Shown here in pieces: positions 1-10,321 of a stretch of DNA of 64,000 nucleotides (position 1 is the stretch's first letter; every line of letters begins with the position of its first letter). The notes beneath the pieces are model-generated. The model was not told where the DNA came from, made no database searches, and was given only the letters and a program-made list of their open reading frames with translations. Both the position numbers and the translations under genes were made by a program. Source of the DNA: Calditrichia bacterium (GTDB lineage: Bacteria; Calditrichota; Calditrichia; JAJRVZ01); assembly GCA_963796965.1 (NCBI GenBank), contig CAWCNS010000007.1, forward strand, positions 640,001-704,000. The letters run 5' to 3'.

Positions 1-778
1 TCATCCAGTTCAGTACATCTAGATTATGTACAATTTGTTCAACATAACAATCACCAGAGAGCCAGGTGAAATAAGGCCAGCAGCGGATTTGCCATTCCAT
101 ATCCGACCATTCCGGTTTTCTTGGCTGCCAATGCCATTTCACCATATCACCTGCCCAATAGGCCTGTGCACTGCCAATTTCACCGATCTGACCATCATTA
201 ACCCGTTTGATTAATTCAATATACTGCGGCATCCAACGTTGCTGGAATCCGGCAGCAATAGCAACACCTTTTTGTTTGGCCAATTCAGTACTTTCAAGTA
301 AGGATCGAATTCCAACAGGATCCACTGCTCCTGGTTTTTCCATAAAAATATGTTTTCCTGCTTCAACAGATGCTCTCAGCATCATCGGACGAAATCCCGG
401 AGGGGTGGTTAGAAGAACCAGATCTACTTCCTTCATGCCCAAAACTTTTTTATAGGCATCAAAACCGAGATACATGGTATCAGGTGTCACTTTTATCTTT
501 TCCTTATCTAAAACCTCTTTTTGGACTTTTTCGATTGATTTATCCAATTGATCCTGAAACATATCGGCCATGGCAACCAATGCAACGCCCTTAGAAGATT
601 TCAGACATCTGATTAGATCATAAGTCCCTCGTCCGCCAGCACCAATGATTGCAACACCCAATTGGTCTGAGTCGGCTGCAAAAAGCCGGCCTGCATTGGC
701 ACTTATTATGGCGCCACCAGAGATATAAGCGCTCTGTTTGATAAAGTTCCTGCGGGATAAATCTTTTCCTGTTTTCAT
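1..778 (-). CDS. Gfo/Idh/MocA family oxidoreductase with Tat signal, running off the window edge
   Basis: Not in the ORF track (no stop in window). Manual translation from ATG 778: MKTGKDLSRRNFIK (twin-Arg), IIGAGGRG (Rossmann), TPPGFRP, KHIFMEKPGAVD, EQIVHNLDV. Confidence 0.9.
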   Translation of the reverse strand, partial: MKTGKDLSRRNFIKQSAYISGGAIISANAGRLFAADSDQLGVAIIGAGGRGTYDLIRCLKSSKGVALVAMADMFQDQLDKSIEKVQKEVLDKEKIKVTPDTMYLGFDAYKKVLGMKEVDLVLLTTPPGFRPMMLRASVEAGKHIFMEKPGAVDPVGIRSLLESTELAKQKGVAIAAGFQQRWMPQYIELIKRVNDGQIGEIGSAQAYWAGDMVKWHWQPRKPEWSDMEWQIRCWPYFTWLSGDCYVEQIVHNLDVLNWM

Positions 779-797
779 GATGTTTTCCTTTATATTA

Positions 798-1043
798 TCA
801 TTTTGTCAAACGCAGTATGTCATCCTGAAAGGATCCTCCTACATGATGAGATTTTATCGACACGGCGTAAGATTCCTATCCCGAGACGCGATCCCGTTCC
901 GGGACGGAATGACAACAATAAATCATTCTGTCAAACGCAGTATGTCATCCTGAAAGGATCCTCCTACATGATGAGATTGTATCAGCACGGGGGAAGATTC
1001 CTCCGGAATGACAGGTGTATTCATTGTCCTCCTGGAAGGATCT
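798..1043. repeat. Tandem duplication (125-bp offset) of a TGTCATCCTGAAAGGATC...GATTCCT..GGAATGACA inverted-repeat element, plus a partial third arm
   Basis: TCATT(T/C)TGTCAAACGCAGTATGTCATCCTGAAAGGATCCTCCTACATGATGAGATT starts at 798 and at 923. Confidence 0.9.
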
Positions 1044-1053
1044 TACTACAAAA

Positions 1054-2328
1054 TCAATCATTATCCAAGACCCGAATATTATCCGTTTTTTCACCCTCCA
1101 CCAGAACAAGATCCTTCTCGCCACGAAATTGATTATCTTTTACAACAATATTTTTCACTTTTGATCCCTCAATCCTGATCGCAGCGATCTGGGTATCAGA
1201 CGTATAAAAAATATTATCCGATATGAGATAATCCTGTGTAAATGTATTAGTCGGATCATGAGCTGAATTAATCGTTATATTCGCATTCCACACCTGATTG
1301 GCCTTTTTCCCGTTCGGTTTCCGCCCATTTCGGTCAAATATATTGTCGGATACGATCAGACCGATACAATTAGGGGCCCAGAGACCTTCTCTTCCGCTAT
1401 TGATGACTATATTACCACGTAGCAGGCAATTAACCGAACCACGCTCAATTGTGCAACCACGGGAGCCATTATCACGCATGATATTATCCGAACCCGTTAC
1501 ATTTTCACACCCTTCAAGAAAATAACCGCCCATTTGGGCGCTATATATTTTATTTTGTACAATCTGCCCTTGCTTACATTTATAAAAATGGGTGCCGTCT
1601 GAGCGGGATCGTTCAAACCGACATCCCCTTACAGTAAAATCATTGACATAGTAAAAAGCAATTAGACCCTGATCGTGACGATGGCTATCCTTTTCAGGAC
1701 CTGGTCGTTCCGAAAGATAATCACCATAATAGTTGCAGCCATCTTCGGCCATAACATTTGTCACCCAAATATCCCGGGCAATAGCCTCCTCAGTACCAAA
1801 GACACCAATGGCATTACTGGTCAGATCATGTATGTACATATCTCTGATGCGAATATTTTTTGATCTTCCAGTAAAATAAATCCCGCGGATATTGACACCT
1901 TCCGGCCATTCACCCAATTCACCCTGGATTTCACCACCAATCAAAGTGACATTTTGCAGGTCATTCCCAATAAATGCCTGCCCATCGGAAGTACAGTCTT
2001 TTTTTAATTGAAATACGGCCCCCTGTAAAAGCAGAGTCAGATCTGAATGCAACTTCAGACCTTTTTCATCGATCAGATAGGTCATTGGTGGAAAAGTTAA
2101 GACCGCATTCGTTCCTTTAATCCTATCCAGGGCCTTCTGGATTTCAGCCTGGTAACTGACCGACCCATCCTTTTTGTAGTCTTGTGGCAGAAATTCTGTT
2201 ATCGATAATAGGTTATGAGTGGTCTCCGCATTGATATTTTGGGAAAACCCAGATATAACATAGCATAAACTAAAGAGAACGATTAAAAGAATTAATCTCC
2301 TATACCTAAAATGGTTTCTATTTACCAT
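1054..2328 (-). CDS. Secreted right-handed parallel beta-helix protein (pectin-lyase-like fold)
   Basis: Signal peptide, AEIQKALD...LTFPP N-terminal motif, repeated xxNxxxxNG/SG beta-helix rungs. Confidence 0.8.
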   Translation of the reverse strand: MVNRNHFRYRRLILLIVLFSLCYVISGFSQNINAETTHNLLSITEFLPQDYKKDGSVSYQAEIQKALDRIKGTNAVLTFPPMTYLIDEKGLKLHSDLTLLLQGAVFQLKKDCTSDGQAFIGNDLQNVTLIGGEIQGELGEWPEGVNIRGIYFTGRSKNIRIRDMYIHDLTSNAIGVFGTEEAIARDIWVTNVMAEDGCNYYGDYLSERPGPEKDSHRHDQGLIAFYYVNDFTVRGCRFERSRSDGTHFYKCKQGQIVQNKIYSAQMGGYFLEGCENVTGSDNIMRDNGSRGCTIERGSVNCLLRGNIVINSGREGLWAPNCIGLIVSDNIFDRNGRKPNGKKANQVWNANITINSAHDPTNTFTQDYLISDNIFYTSDTQIAAIRIEGSKVKNIVVKDNQFRGEKDLVLVEGEKTDNIRVLDND

Positions 2329-2369
2329 TCTCTAACTCCTTGCATTTTAAATGCAAAAACATCTGGGTT

Positions 2370-2680
2370 TGTCATCCCGAAAGCATTTTCTCTCGCAGAG
2401 ACGCGGAGACGCAGAGGATTTTTATTGTTGGGGCCAGACGAGCGGCCACCACTATAAAATCATGATGTCTGTCATGCTGAACTTGCCTGGCCTGAACTCG
2501 TTTCAGGGCTTCAGCATCTCTTATTTTCTATCTATTATTTTGTTGACAAAATGAGATCCTGAAATAAATTCAGGATGACCATCAATACGCTGAGACAAAA
2601 CTCAGAATCAATAAAAAATTCTTCGTGTGCTTCCTCAATGAAGTCTCTTTGAGAGCGCCTCCTTCGTGAACCCTCGTGAT
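2370..2680. repeat. Cluster of mixed intergenic repeats (CGCAGAGA-periodic arm, GTCATGCTGAA...TTCAGGATGAC pair, CTTCGTG arm)
   Basis: TCTCGCAGAGACGCGGAGACGCAGAG 2391-2416; GTCATGCTGAAC..TTCAGCATCTC 2471-2520; GAGATCCTGAAATAAATTCAGGATGAC 2553-2579. Confidence 0.8.
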
Positions 2681-2703
2681 ATATCTTCTATAATACCGCA
2701 TCA

Positions 2704-4695
2704 TCAATCCAAAGCCGTTACCTTCAGGTTGCCAATTCTAAAGACGGCCCTGGCACCAATCGCCCGAAAACCTATTTTTCCATCTTTAGGGATAAGATCT
2801 TCAGCGATATTATCATCAATAAAACCTGAGATCACCTTACCATCAACCTGCAATTGGCAAAGGCCGCCTTGTTTAATAATCGCCACATGATAAACCTGGC
2901 CGATTTTTTCACAGGGATCCGGGCCCTGCCCGACCAAATTTAGCCCCGGATTTCTTCGCCAATTTGAGACGCCTGTATGCATCCCCTCATCATTGTAACG
3001 GCTCAAAGAGATATGATAAGATCTTGTTGACGCCTCTTTTCCCGTATAATCGATAAATTTTCCCTCTCGGGGAGGTACACCGGTAATGGCATCTTCACCC
3101 TTAACGCCTTTCATCCCCAGAAAAGTCAATAAAAGACCGTTTTTCTCTTCTGTGTACAGATCATATTCCATACAAATATTGTCAGGCAAATCCTGTTTCA
3201 AAAAGGCCTGCACACCTACACCACCCTGTTGAGAGCCACTGCAATCCAGTTTTAACCAGCCCCCGTCAGCCAATGAAGCGCCATCTTTATGGCCTTCCAA
3301 ATGCCAGCGATCCAGATTGTTAAAATCTTCCTTAAACAGCCGTTCGCCCTGAGGTACAATTATATGATGGAGTGCCTGGTTTCCGATACCATCTGTATTT
3401 GATGCCACCAATTCCTGAAGGGATTTGGGAATTGTTGCCACGCACACATCTGCAGAGCCTAAACGGTGTGACGTAAAGATTACCTGGTTTCCTTTGCGAT
3501 CCCAGCCAGGATGCGGATGATCGCCACTGCCATAGGTGCGGTGATCTCCCGTCAGAAGATGTTGCCGGCTGCTCATCCCTTCAAAAAGCATGATATCACC
3601 GTGCCAGTTATCGGAGACCACCCAACGGCCATTATCGCTGCCCGAAGGATGCCACCAGTTGAGACGACTCATTGCCTTTTCAGTCGCATCCGGCCACCAG
3701 GATCCGGCACCAATAATCCGCACATCACCGCTTTCCACATCAAGCACCTTCACATGTGACCAGTCTTTTCCGGTTGGGATAGCCGTTGCACCGGTAAAAA
3801 TAATCGTATTATTTACCCACCAGATGGCATGGGTAACCAATTCATTTTCAATAGCCCGATAAACATTTTTATAGATACCCGTATTGATATCCACCACCCA
3901 TAATCGCTGACAGCGCCCCAGATAGTCTTCCCGTCCCTTTGATTCTCTTCGCGGTCCTGCACGAAAGGGATAGGGTTCCATTCGTGAAGAAAAACTGAGT
4001 AGATTTGGATCTGTGCGGCTCCACTGTACATGAACAGCAAATCCCCGGTCCGGTGGCAAGGAAACCAGTTCTCGTTGTGTCCCTTTTTCAATATCAATTA
4101 AAAATAGTTGAGGGCCACCATTAAGCCCAAATCCAATTGTTGAGTAGGCCAGATATTTTCCGTCACAGCTTTCATTGATATCAAAGTATTTATCACTGGA
4201 CTTCAGATCGCAGAGAACGCGAATGCGGGCCTCGGCGGTAGATATTTTCTTCGCGCCCCCAGAGGGAGAAACTTTTATTTCCAGTTCGACGGCTTTTTCA
4301 TTCCAGATGGCAAAAACAGTATTACGATAAACAGCAGCAGTTGCCCGGCTGATGGGTTTACCATCGGGACCATTAAGATAAAGGAGCTCACCTGTTTTGA
4401 TAAAATATGCCATCAATCCGCCGTTCTCTCTTTGCGAATAAAACAGGATTGAAGAGCTATTAGATAACCAGGAACGTTGATGATAATAGAGATTGATATC
4501 TATAGCTGGATTTGATGTAAGGTATAATAATTCCGCTCCGGTTTTATCGTCTTGTTCTATACGATGCTCCGGAGGTGCAACCAGAATATTGTACCATGCA
4601 CCCCATTCAGGTACCTGTGCAGCGAGATCAGAATTAATTAAACCGGTAATAAGGAGAAAAACAACTCTCAATAAATATTTAAAGTTATACTTCAT
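2704..4695 (-). CDS. Secreted oligogalacturonate-lyase-like (PL22/Ogl-type) beta-propeller fused to a C-terminal YesU/DUF1961-like domain
   Basis: DDKTGAELLYLT..NLYYHQRSW and HPHPGWDRKGNQVIFTS resemble the Ogl termini; the C-terminal RSYHISLSR, LVGQGPDP, GKIGFR resemble DUF1961. Confidence 0.65.
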   Translation of the reverse strand: MKYNFKYLLRVVFLLITGLINSDLAAQVPEWGAWYNILVAPPEHRIEQDDKTGAELLYLTSNPAIDINLYYHQRSWLSNSSSILFYSQRENGGLMAYFIKTGELLYLNGPDGKPISRATAAVYRNTVFAIWNEKAVELEIKVSPSGGAKKISTAEARIRVLCDLKSSDKYFDINESCDGKYLAYSTIGFGLNGGPQLFLIDIEKGTQRELVSLPPDRGFAVHVQWSRTDPNLLSFSSRMEPYPFRAGPRRESKGREDYLGRCQRLWVVDINTGIYKNVYRAIENELVTHAIWWVNNTIIFTGATAIPTGKDWSHVKVLDVESGDVRIIGAGSWWPDATEKAMSRLNWWHPSGSDNGRWVVSDNWHGDIMLFEGMSSRQHLLTGDHRTYGSGDHPHPGWDRKGNQVIFTSHRLGSADVCVATIPKSLQELVASNTDGIGNQALHHIIVPQGERLFKEDFNNLDRWHLEGHKDGASLADGGWLKLDCSGSQQGGVGVQAFLKQDLPDNICMEYDLYTEEKNGLLLTFLGMKGVKGEDAITGVPPREGKFIDYTGKEASTRSYHISLSRYNDEGMHTGVSNWRRNPGLNLVGQGPDPCEKIGQVYHVAIIKQGGLCQLQVDGKVISGFIDDNIAEDLIPKDGKIGFRAIGARAVFRIGNLKVTALD

Positions 4696-4745
4696 ATAAA
4701 TTCATTTCCATAATATAAATCTGTAATTAGTTATTTCGCACTAAA

Positions 4746-4957
4746 TGTCATCCTGAAAGGATCTTTCTATGTGCAGATATTTTTTCGACACGAAGAAAGA
4801 TTCCTTCTGAATGACAGGTGTATTTATTGCCATCCTGACAATTTTTTATTCTTTGCTTTATTTGCACAGTCATCAAAATTCGTCAAATTCGTAATAATTC
4901 GGCCTGGCCCCGTATAACGAGGTCTCAGGAGGCGTTCTACGAGCGTAATTCGTGGAC
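4746..4957. repeat. TGTCATCCTGAAAGGATC element followed by an ATTCGT-periodic arm carrying a 44-bp insert
   Basis: 4746-4840 matches the 943-1043 element including the GGTGTATT(T/C)ATTG tail; insert at 4902-4945. Confidence 0.85.
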
Positions 4958-4963
4958 AAAATT

Positions 4964-6113
4964 CTATTTTTTACGAAAATTTTCAACCCTGTGAAAGGTC
5001 ATATAATTGGCATCGTGTGAATTATGCGCACCGCCCACCCCATCATCATAAGCTGTACGTGATACTGCAATAATGTCTTCTTCCTCAAACAGCCAATCAA
5101 GATACTGAAATCCTGATTTTGTATAATCATCTGACCGCAATATCACCGATCTGACTTCCCAATTGTAAAGATTCTGAGAGGATATTAAAGCGACAGTATT
5201 ACGGGTTCTTTCTGGATTCCATTTTCCAACATCATCGGGATGAATCCAATTTGTCAGGGACCAGTACAGTTGGGTTTTATCATCATAGCGGATGGTAAAT
5301 TTCTTACACCCTCCCGGAAAGTCGATAAATCCCTTGTTTTCATCAAATTTAATAGTTTTTCCATCCCCCGAGACCTGAACAACAACTGCTTTCCCGCCAT
5401 TCTTCCTTTCATCTACCCTTAAAATATTAACAAGCGTTCCCTGTGGTGTTACGACCATATTGCCTTCCAGCCAGCCCGTATACGGCTCCCAATTGCCCCA
5501 GATCAATTTATTGCTGACAGTCCAGTCTATCAGCGTTCAAGAGATCTGAATTTAAAGCCGCGCTCATCACTAAAGGTTTAAAACTGATCCCCCATTTTCC
5601 GGAATAATCCTCAAAAGCCCTCCAGATCCGGCCATTATGCACCAGGACCGGCACGGGAGCACAATGATATTTACTATCACTTAAAAGTATTCCTGATTTC
5701 TCGGAAGTTCCAGTCCAGGATCTGCCACCATTATCAGAGCGTCGGATGATCACATCGCCCCTCTGCTTACTGGTGCCAATTATATAGAGTTTCCCTCTGT
5801 GTACAAAGAGTGAAGACCAAAATTGTGAGGGCAATTCCGTTAGTATTTCCCAGGTTTTTCCCCTGTCGGCTGAACGGTGAATACGTGAATTGTTATTTTG
5901 TAATTCTGGTCCAAAAAAGTCGTGAGAAGCGACATATTCACCATTTGGTAAGATAGCAATGCTTGGAGAACCGATGTACCGACCAGAGGAGGCCGGTGAA
6001 TAATCAATAATAATACCGGGTACTTTGGAATGATCCACCTCATCCTTACATCCAACACCAAACAAGAGGAAAATACAAAATATCAATATCCAACATATCA
6101 ATCTATTTACCAT
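4964..6113 (-). CDS. BNR/Asp-box sialidase-like lipoprotein, frameshifted near 5510
   Basis: ORFs 5508-6113 and 4964-5506 form one protein: lipobox [44 protein letters not shown]. Confidence 0.8.
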
Positions 6114-6158
6114 AGATATTTCCTTTCTCTTTTCCCTTTTCCCTTTTCCCTTTTGCCT

Positions 6159-7082
6159 TTAACCTGTAGCGCCAAAATCTTTCTTATATTTCTCCAAACA
6201 CTCTTCTTTGCTGCCTTTAAATAAATATATTTTGCCCTTAATCTTTTTTGTCTTGCCCCTTGCTAATGGTCCAATCCTTACCGACAAATGCATGCATTTC
6301 CAGGGATTATGCCCCTGAACAGAGAGAAAATCATCCCAGGCGATACCCATTATCCATGTTTGATCTTCCGATTCCCGAATCATCAGACCCGCTTTGGCAT
6401 TCCGACTAGAGGTAGGCCATTTATTTGAAAATACAAATTGGTCATCCTCCTCCTTCTCCCAGGCCAGAATAGAGGGTAGAAATTCTTCATTAAAATGTAT
6501 CTCCCGGGGAAATTTTTCTCCCCTGATCAAATCAAGACCATTTTCAGTCAAAAACCAGGTATTTTCATAGGCATCATCAAAAAAGATTGGATTTTCTTGA
6601 GCATCTGTATTCCCTCGCTCAGATCCAGGATTAAAACAGGGAATCATCGCTGCAATGTCAGGCCAGTCGTGATCGGAATTATTGGTAATTTCCAGATGCA
6701 TATCAGCTCCATACTGTGACGCCCACACCCTCAATTTTATCCAGCCTGCATCCATCATGGCAGTCTGGCCATTCGGATCAATCTGCCAGAACCAATCCCG
6801 CCGACCAGAGGTATGTTCGCCTTTTTTATACCATCAAATATATGCCATTCATAAAACCATAAATAGGCAAATTTTGTCGAATCCTCCTTCGATTGTACTT
6901 TCACTCCCCTGTCCCATAAACTAAGTCTGGATGTTATCCTTTTCAGGCCTTTTTTCATGACTACAGGAGGATAAAAAGAGCCCAAAGACAACCATAAACA
7001 CGGGAAGCACTATAACACCTGAGTTAAAATTGTGCCCAATATCCATGAAGATATCCATTTTAAACAATTCATTCTTCGTCAT
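6159..7082 (-). CDS. Hypothetical lipoprotein with two apparent frameshifts
   Basis: ATG 7082 gives ...VFGLFLSSCSHEK (lipobox). The reading continues through ORF 6755-6991 and ORF 6159-6758 (GHNPWKCMHLS). Confidence 0.55.
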
Positions 7083-7274
7083 ACCTGACTATTTAGTTGA
7101 TCTTTGCAAAGACGCTAAGACCAGACCCGTTGGCAATGTAAAATTCAGGTGACTCGATGTAAATACGTAATAATTTTTAATCCACGAATTGCACTAATGA
7201 ACACGGATTATTATATCTTTTAAATCAAAAGTGTCCGGTTAGGATTTAGATATCTATTAATAAACACTGTAATA

Positions 7275-10125
7275 TCAATAGATCTGATCAGTTTCCCAGC
7301 ATTGTATTATTATTTTTGCTCTTTCCTTAATTTCTTGCGAGTCATATACGGTGTTAAAGTCAACAGGTTGATCATACCTGTCATTTACCCTTAAACACGT
7401 CTCCCAGTTACCTCCCATATTTGGCACTTTTAACAAAATACGGTTCTCACCTTTTTTCAACCTGACTCTTATAACATCTTCATCCAGTTTCAAAGCCCGT
7501 CCTATATCCAGGTTTGAATGGATTAATTTTTCATTAACCCAGCAAGCAACACCATCATTACTACCTATCCGAAAGACATACTCTCCATCCCCAGGAAGTG
7601 ATAACTCAGTATATGCATAGGCAATACCCTGGCGTTTGCCAAAAAGATCGTGAAAAGAAATAATGCCATGAGGATTTCGGGATTGGACCAATTGCCAACT
7701 GACCTTTTCTCCACTAAAAATTTGGCTTTGAGAAAATTCAATCCGCTTTTCCGGGAAATACGAATCCATATCCGGATCTTGATCTTTTTTAGGGAACGGC
7801 CCAACCACCCACCATTTAGTATTAAAACCTTTTTTATGGGCCATTATTTGTAAAATACCGGACATTTCGGGAATATTTTTACCCATCCAATTATTGATTT
7901 GCTTTATCGCCTCCAGATCTTCTGACTTTAAAAGTATATCCAGAAGATTTATCGGCTCTTCTTCCCTTAATTGATCTTCATGGCGCAGTAAGATTTTTAG
8001 AGAAGAAGTGGCGAGCTATTTGAGATAATCCCTCATTTTTGACAAATGGCCGAATATAGTAAAGCGATCCTATCGTACCTATCTCTTCGAGTTTTTTTAA
8101 GGCATGACGTATGTCAAAAAAAGCCGCATCATTTTTAAGAATCTGATGATAATATTCTCTGGCTACGAGCGTATTGCCGGATTCAAAGTATTTATCAGCA
8201 ACTGAGTTATAGCTGGAAAATAGCGCCTGACGAACTATACGCGACTTGCTTTCCAACACACCCGCAAACAATGAAAATTCTGTTATAGAATCTTTGTAGC
8301 GCAAACAGGAAACAGCTGCTGCCTTCATTTCTTCATCCGGCCCTTTTATCCCCACTATCATTAAAGGATGAGCGGTCTTAATATCCGATTGGGCAATAAA
8401 CCTCAATAATTGATTTTTTTTCTTAGTATCCTGTAATAGGTGATAACGGCGAACCATTTCAGAGAGATTCTTTTCAGAAGGAGGTTGTGATAAGAAAAAT
8501 AGAAGATCTTTTTCAGAAATATCTCCCTCTTTACGATTTCTTGCTTCCACAAACTGATGTAGTTTAAGCATAACTCTGCTATCATAGACGGCACAATTAA
8601 TCCAATCCTCTATAAATTCTCCTTTCAGAAGACGCCACCAGGTGGAATATCGCCCCTCATAACGCTCTTGTATGACCGTCATATTATTGGCGAGGCTAAT
8701 TGCTTTAGCCAGATAAAGATCTTCGCCTGTCGCCTCATATATGGCCTGATAAGTAGCAATTAATTTTGAGGCGCTGGCATCCACGGCTTCATAAAATCGA
8801 TACTGCTCCAAAACACCTGGCGTCAACCAGTTAAAGGAGTTGCTCTGATCAGGAAGCGGTTTTTCCCAGACAACGAACTGGTCTTCAGCAAAACGAGCAA
8901 GTTCTTTCGCAATTTGAATATTCTCCGAATTTCGTCTTTCTGGATCCAAAAGATAGATGGCATAAGAACAGGCTTGATGTTTGGTCAAATTCTGGTAAGG
9001 ACCTTGAAGAATAATATCCTCGTATTGACCTTCCCAATTAAACGATTTGAGAGGATTTTGCTCGATCCATTCCAAGGCTTTGTTTCTGGATTCCTCGTAC
9101 TGATCCAGATCGTATTGGCTAATAAAACGGTCAAATAATTCAACAATATCTATGGGAATAGATTCGTTAGGATTGACGGGTTCTCCGGACTGCATATACA
9201 GTTTTAATTTCCAGGTACCATTTGGTAATTGTAGTTTAAGGTAGGTTTCTGCAATCCTGGTGGCCGCCAGATAATATTTTTTATCGCCCGTAGCATCAAA
9301 TAGATCCAAATATATTCTTGCTGCTTCAGAGGGAACATTTAGCATGATTTGTCCCTTAAACCAGGCAGCAGACAGGGCATCACCTTGATAGGTGGGAGGA
9401 AAATATGCCAGGGGTGCATCTGCGGGTTCACTAATACTTATCAGATAATCAGCTGCAAACCTGGCTACCTTCATCGCCTCCAGCGAATCCTTGGATTCGA
9501 GTCCAGCATAAAGGAGCATGCCCTCAGCAACAGCGCCAATGATCTTTGAGGCATAACAATTTAATTCATATGATGCATCAGGCTCTCCTGTTTTTAACCA
9601 GTGTTGGATATGATCCTGATTAAATAAAGTTTTTAAGGCCAGTTTTGCACTTTCTTTGTAGGTCAGAACCGGACTTTGATAGGGACCGTTGAAGGGGGCA
9701 GCCTTATAAAAACGTCTGGTGCCAGCAATTCCAATTACCTCCCCACTCTCATCTTCCCCTTCAGCAGTAAGTTTCACATTGCCTATAGGTAGATCTTGCC
9801 AGATTGGAGTCAATAAGTCCCACGGCTTGTCGGATTTAAAGGTGTAGGTTTGACCATCTGTCTCTGAATAAGCAGAAAATTTATAGTGTCTTGCTCCCTT
9901 TATTTCTTTAAAATCAAATGAAGGAACCTGAATAAATCTTCTGGCCAACCCATTCCAGAAAGGTTGTTCTCCGGGTACTCCCGGTCTAACCGGAATTAAT
10001 GTTTCCTTAAGGGCCTGATCAGTAAAAGTACCCTCATTTTTTTTTGAATCACAGGATATGCAAACTAGGACCAACCCCAGCAATAGTACAAGCAGATAAT
10101 TATACTGAGTCTTTTGAATTGTCAT
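7275..10125 (-). CDS. Large lipoprotein: helical-toroid-like core, HEAT-like repeats and C-terminal PA14-like beta domain; frameshift near 7980
   Basis: 715-aa and 203-aa ORFs; lipobox CISC; ATGDKKYYLAA and ATGEDLYLAKA helices; WWVVGPF...GSNDGVACWVN...LKKGENRILLKV C-terminal module. Confidence 0.6.
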
Positions 10126-10321
10126 AAATTTATTTCCTATTTTGAGTTATTCAAGATATTTTTTTAAGGATTAAATGTAACATAAAGCCAATGCATAAAT
10201 CCCCCTTTTGCTAAGGGAAAACTTTACTTTTGCTATTTAACAGATTTAATTTTCATAAATTGATGAGGTCATAATCATGATTTATTTTTAATCACGATAG
10301 ATACCTCATGCAGATTCTCCT

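Noticed and set aside
738..1132. Plus-strand ORFs with a repeated FCQTQYVILKGSSYMMR peptide
   Set aside because: By-product of the DNA tandem repeat; they overlap real minus-strand genes.
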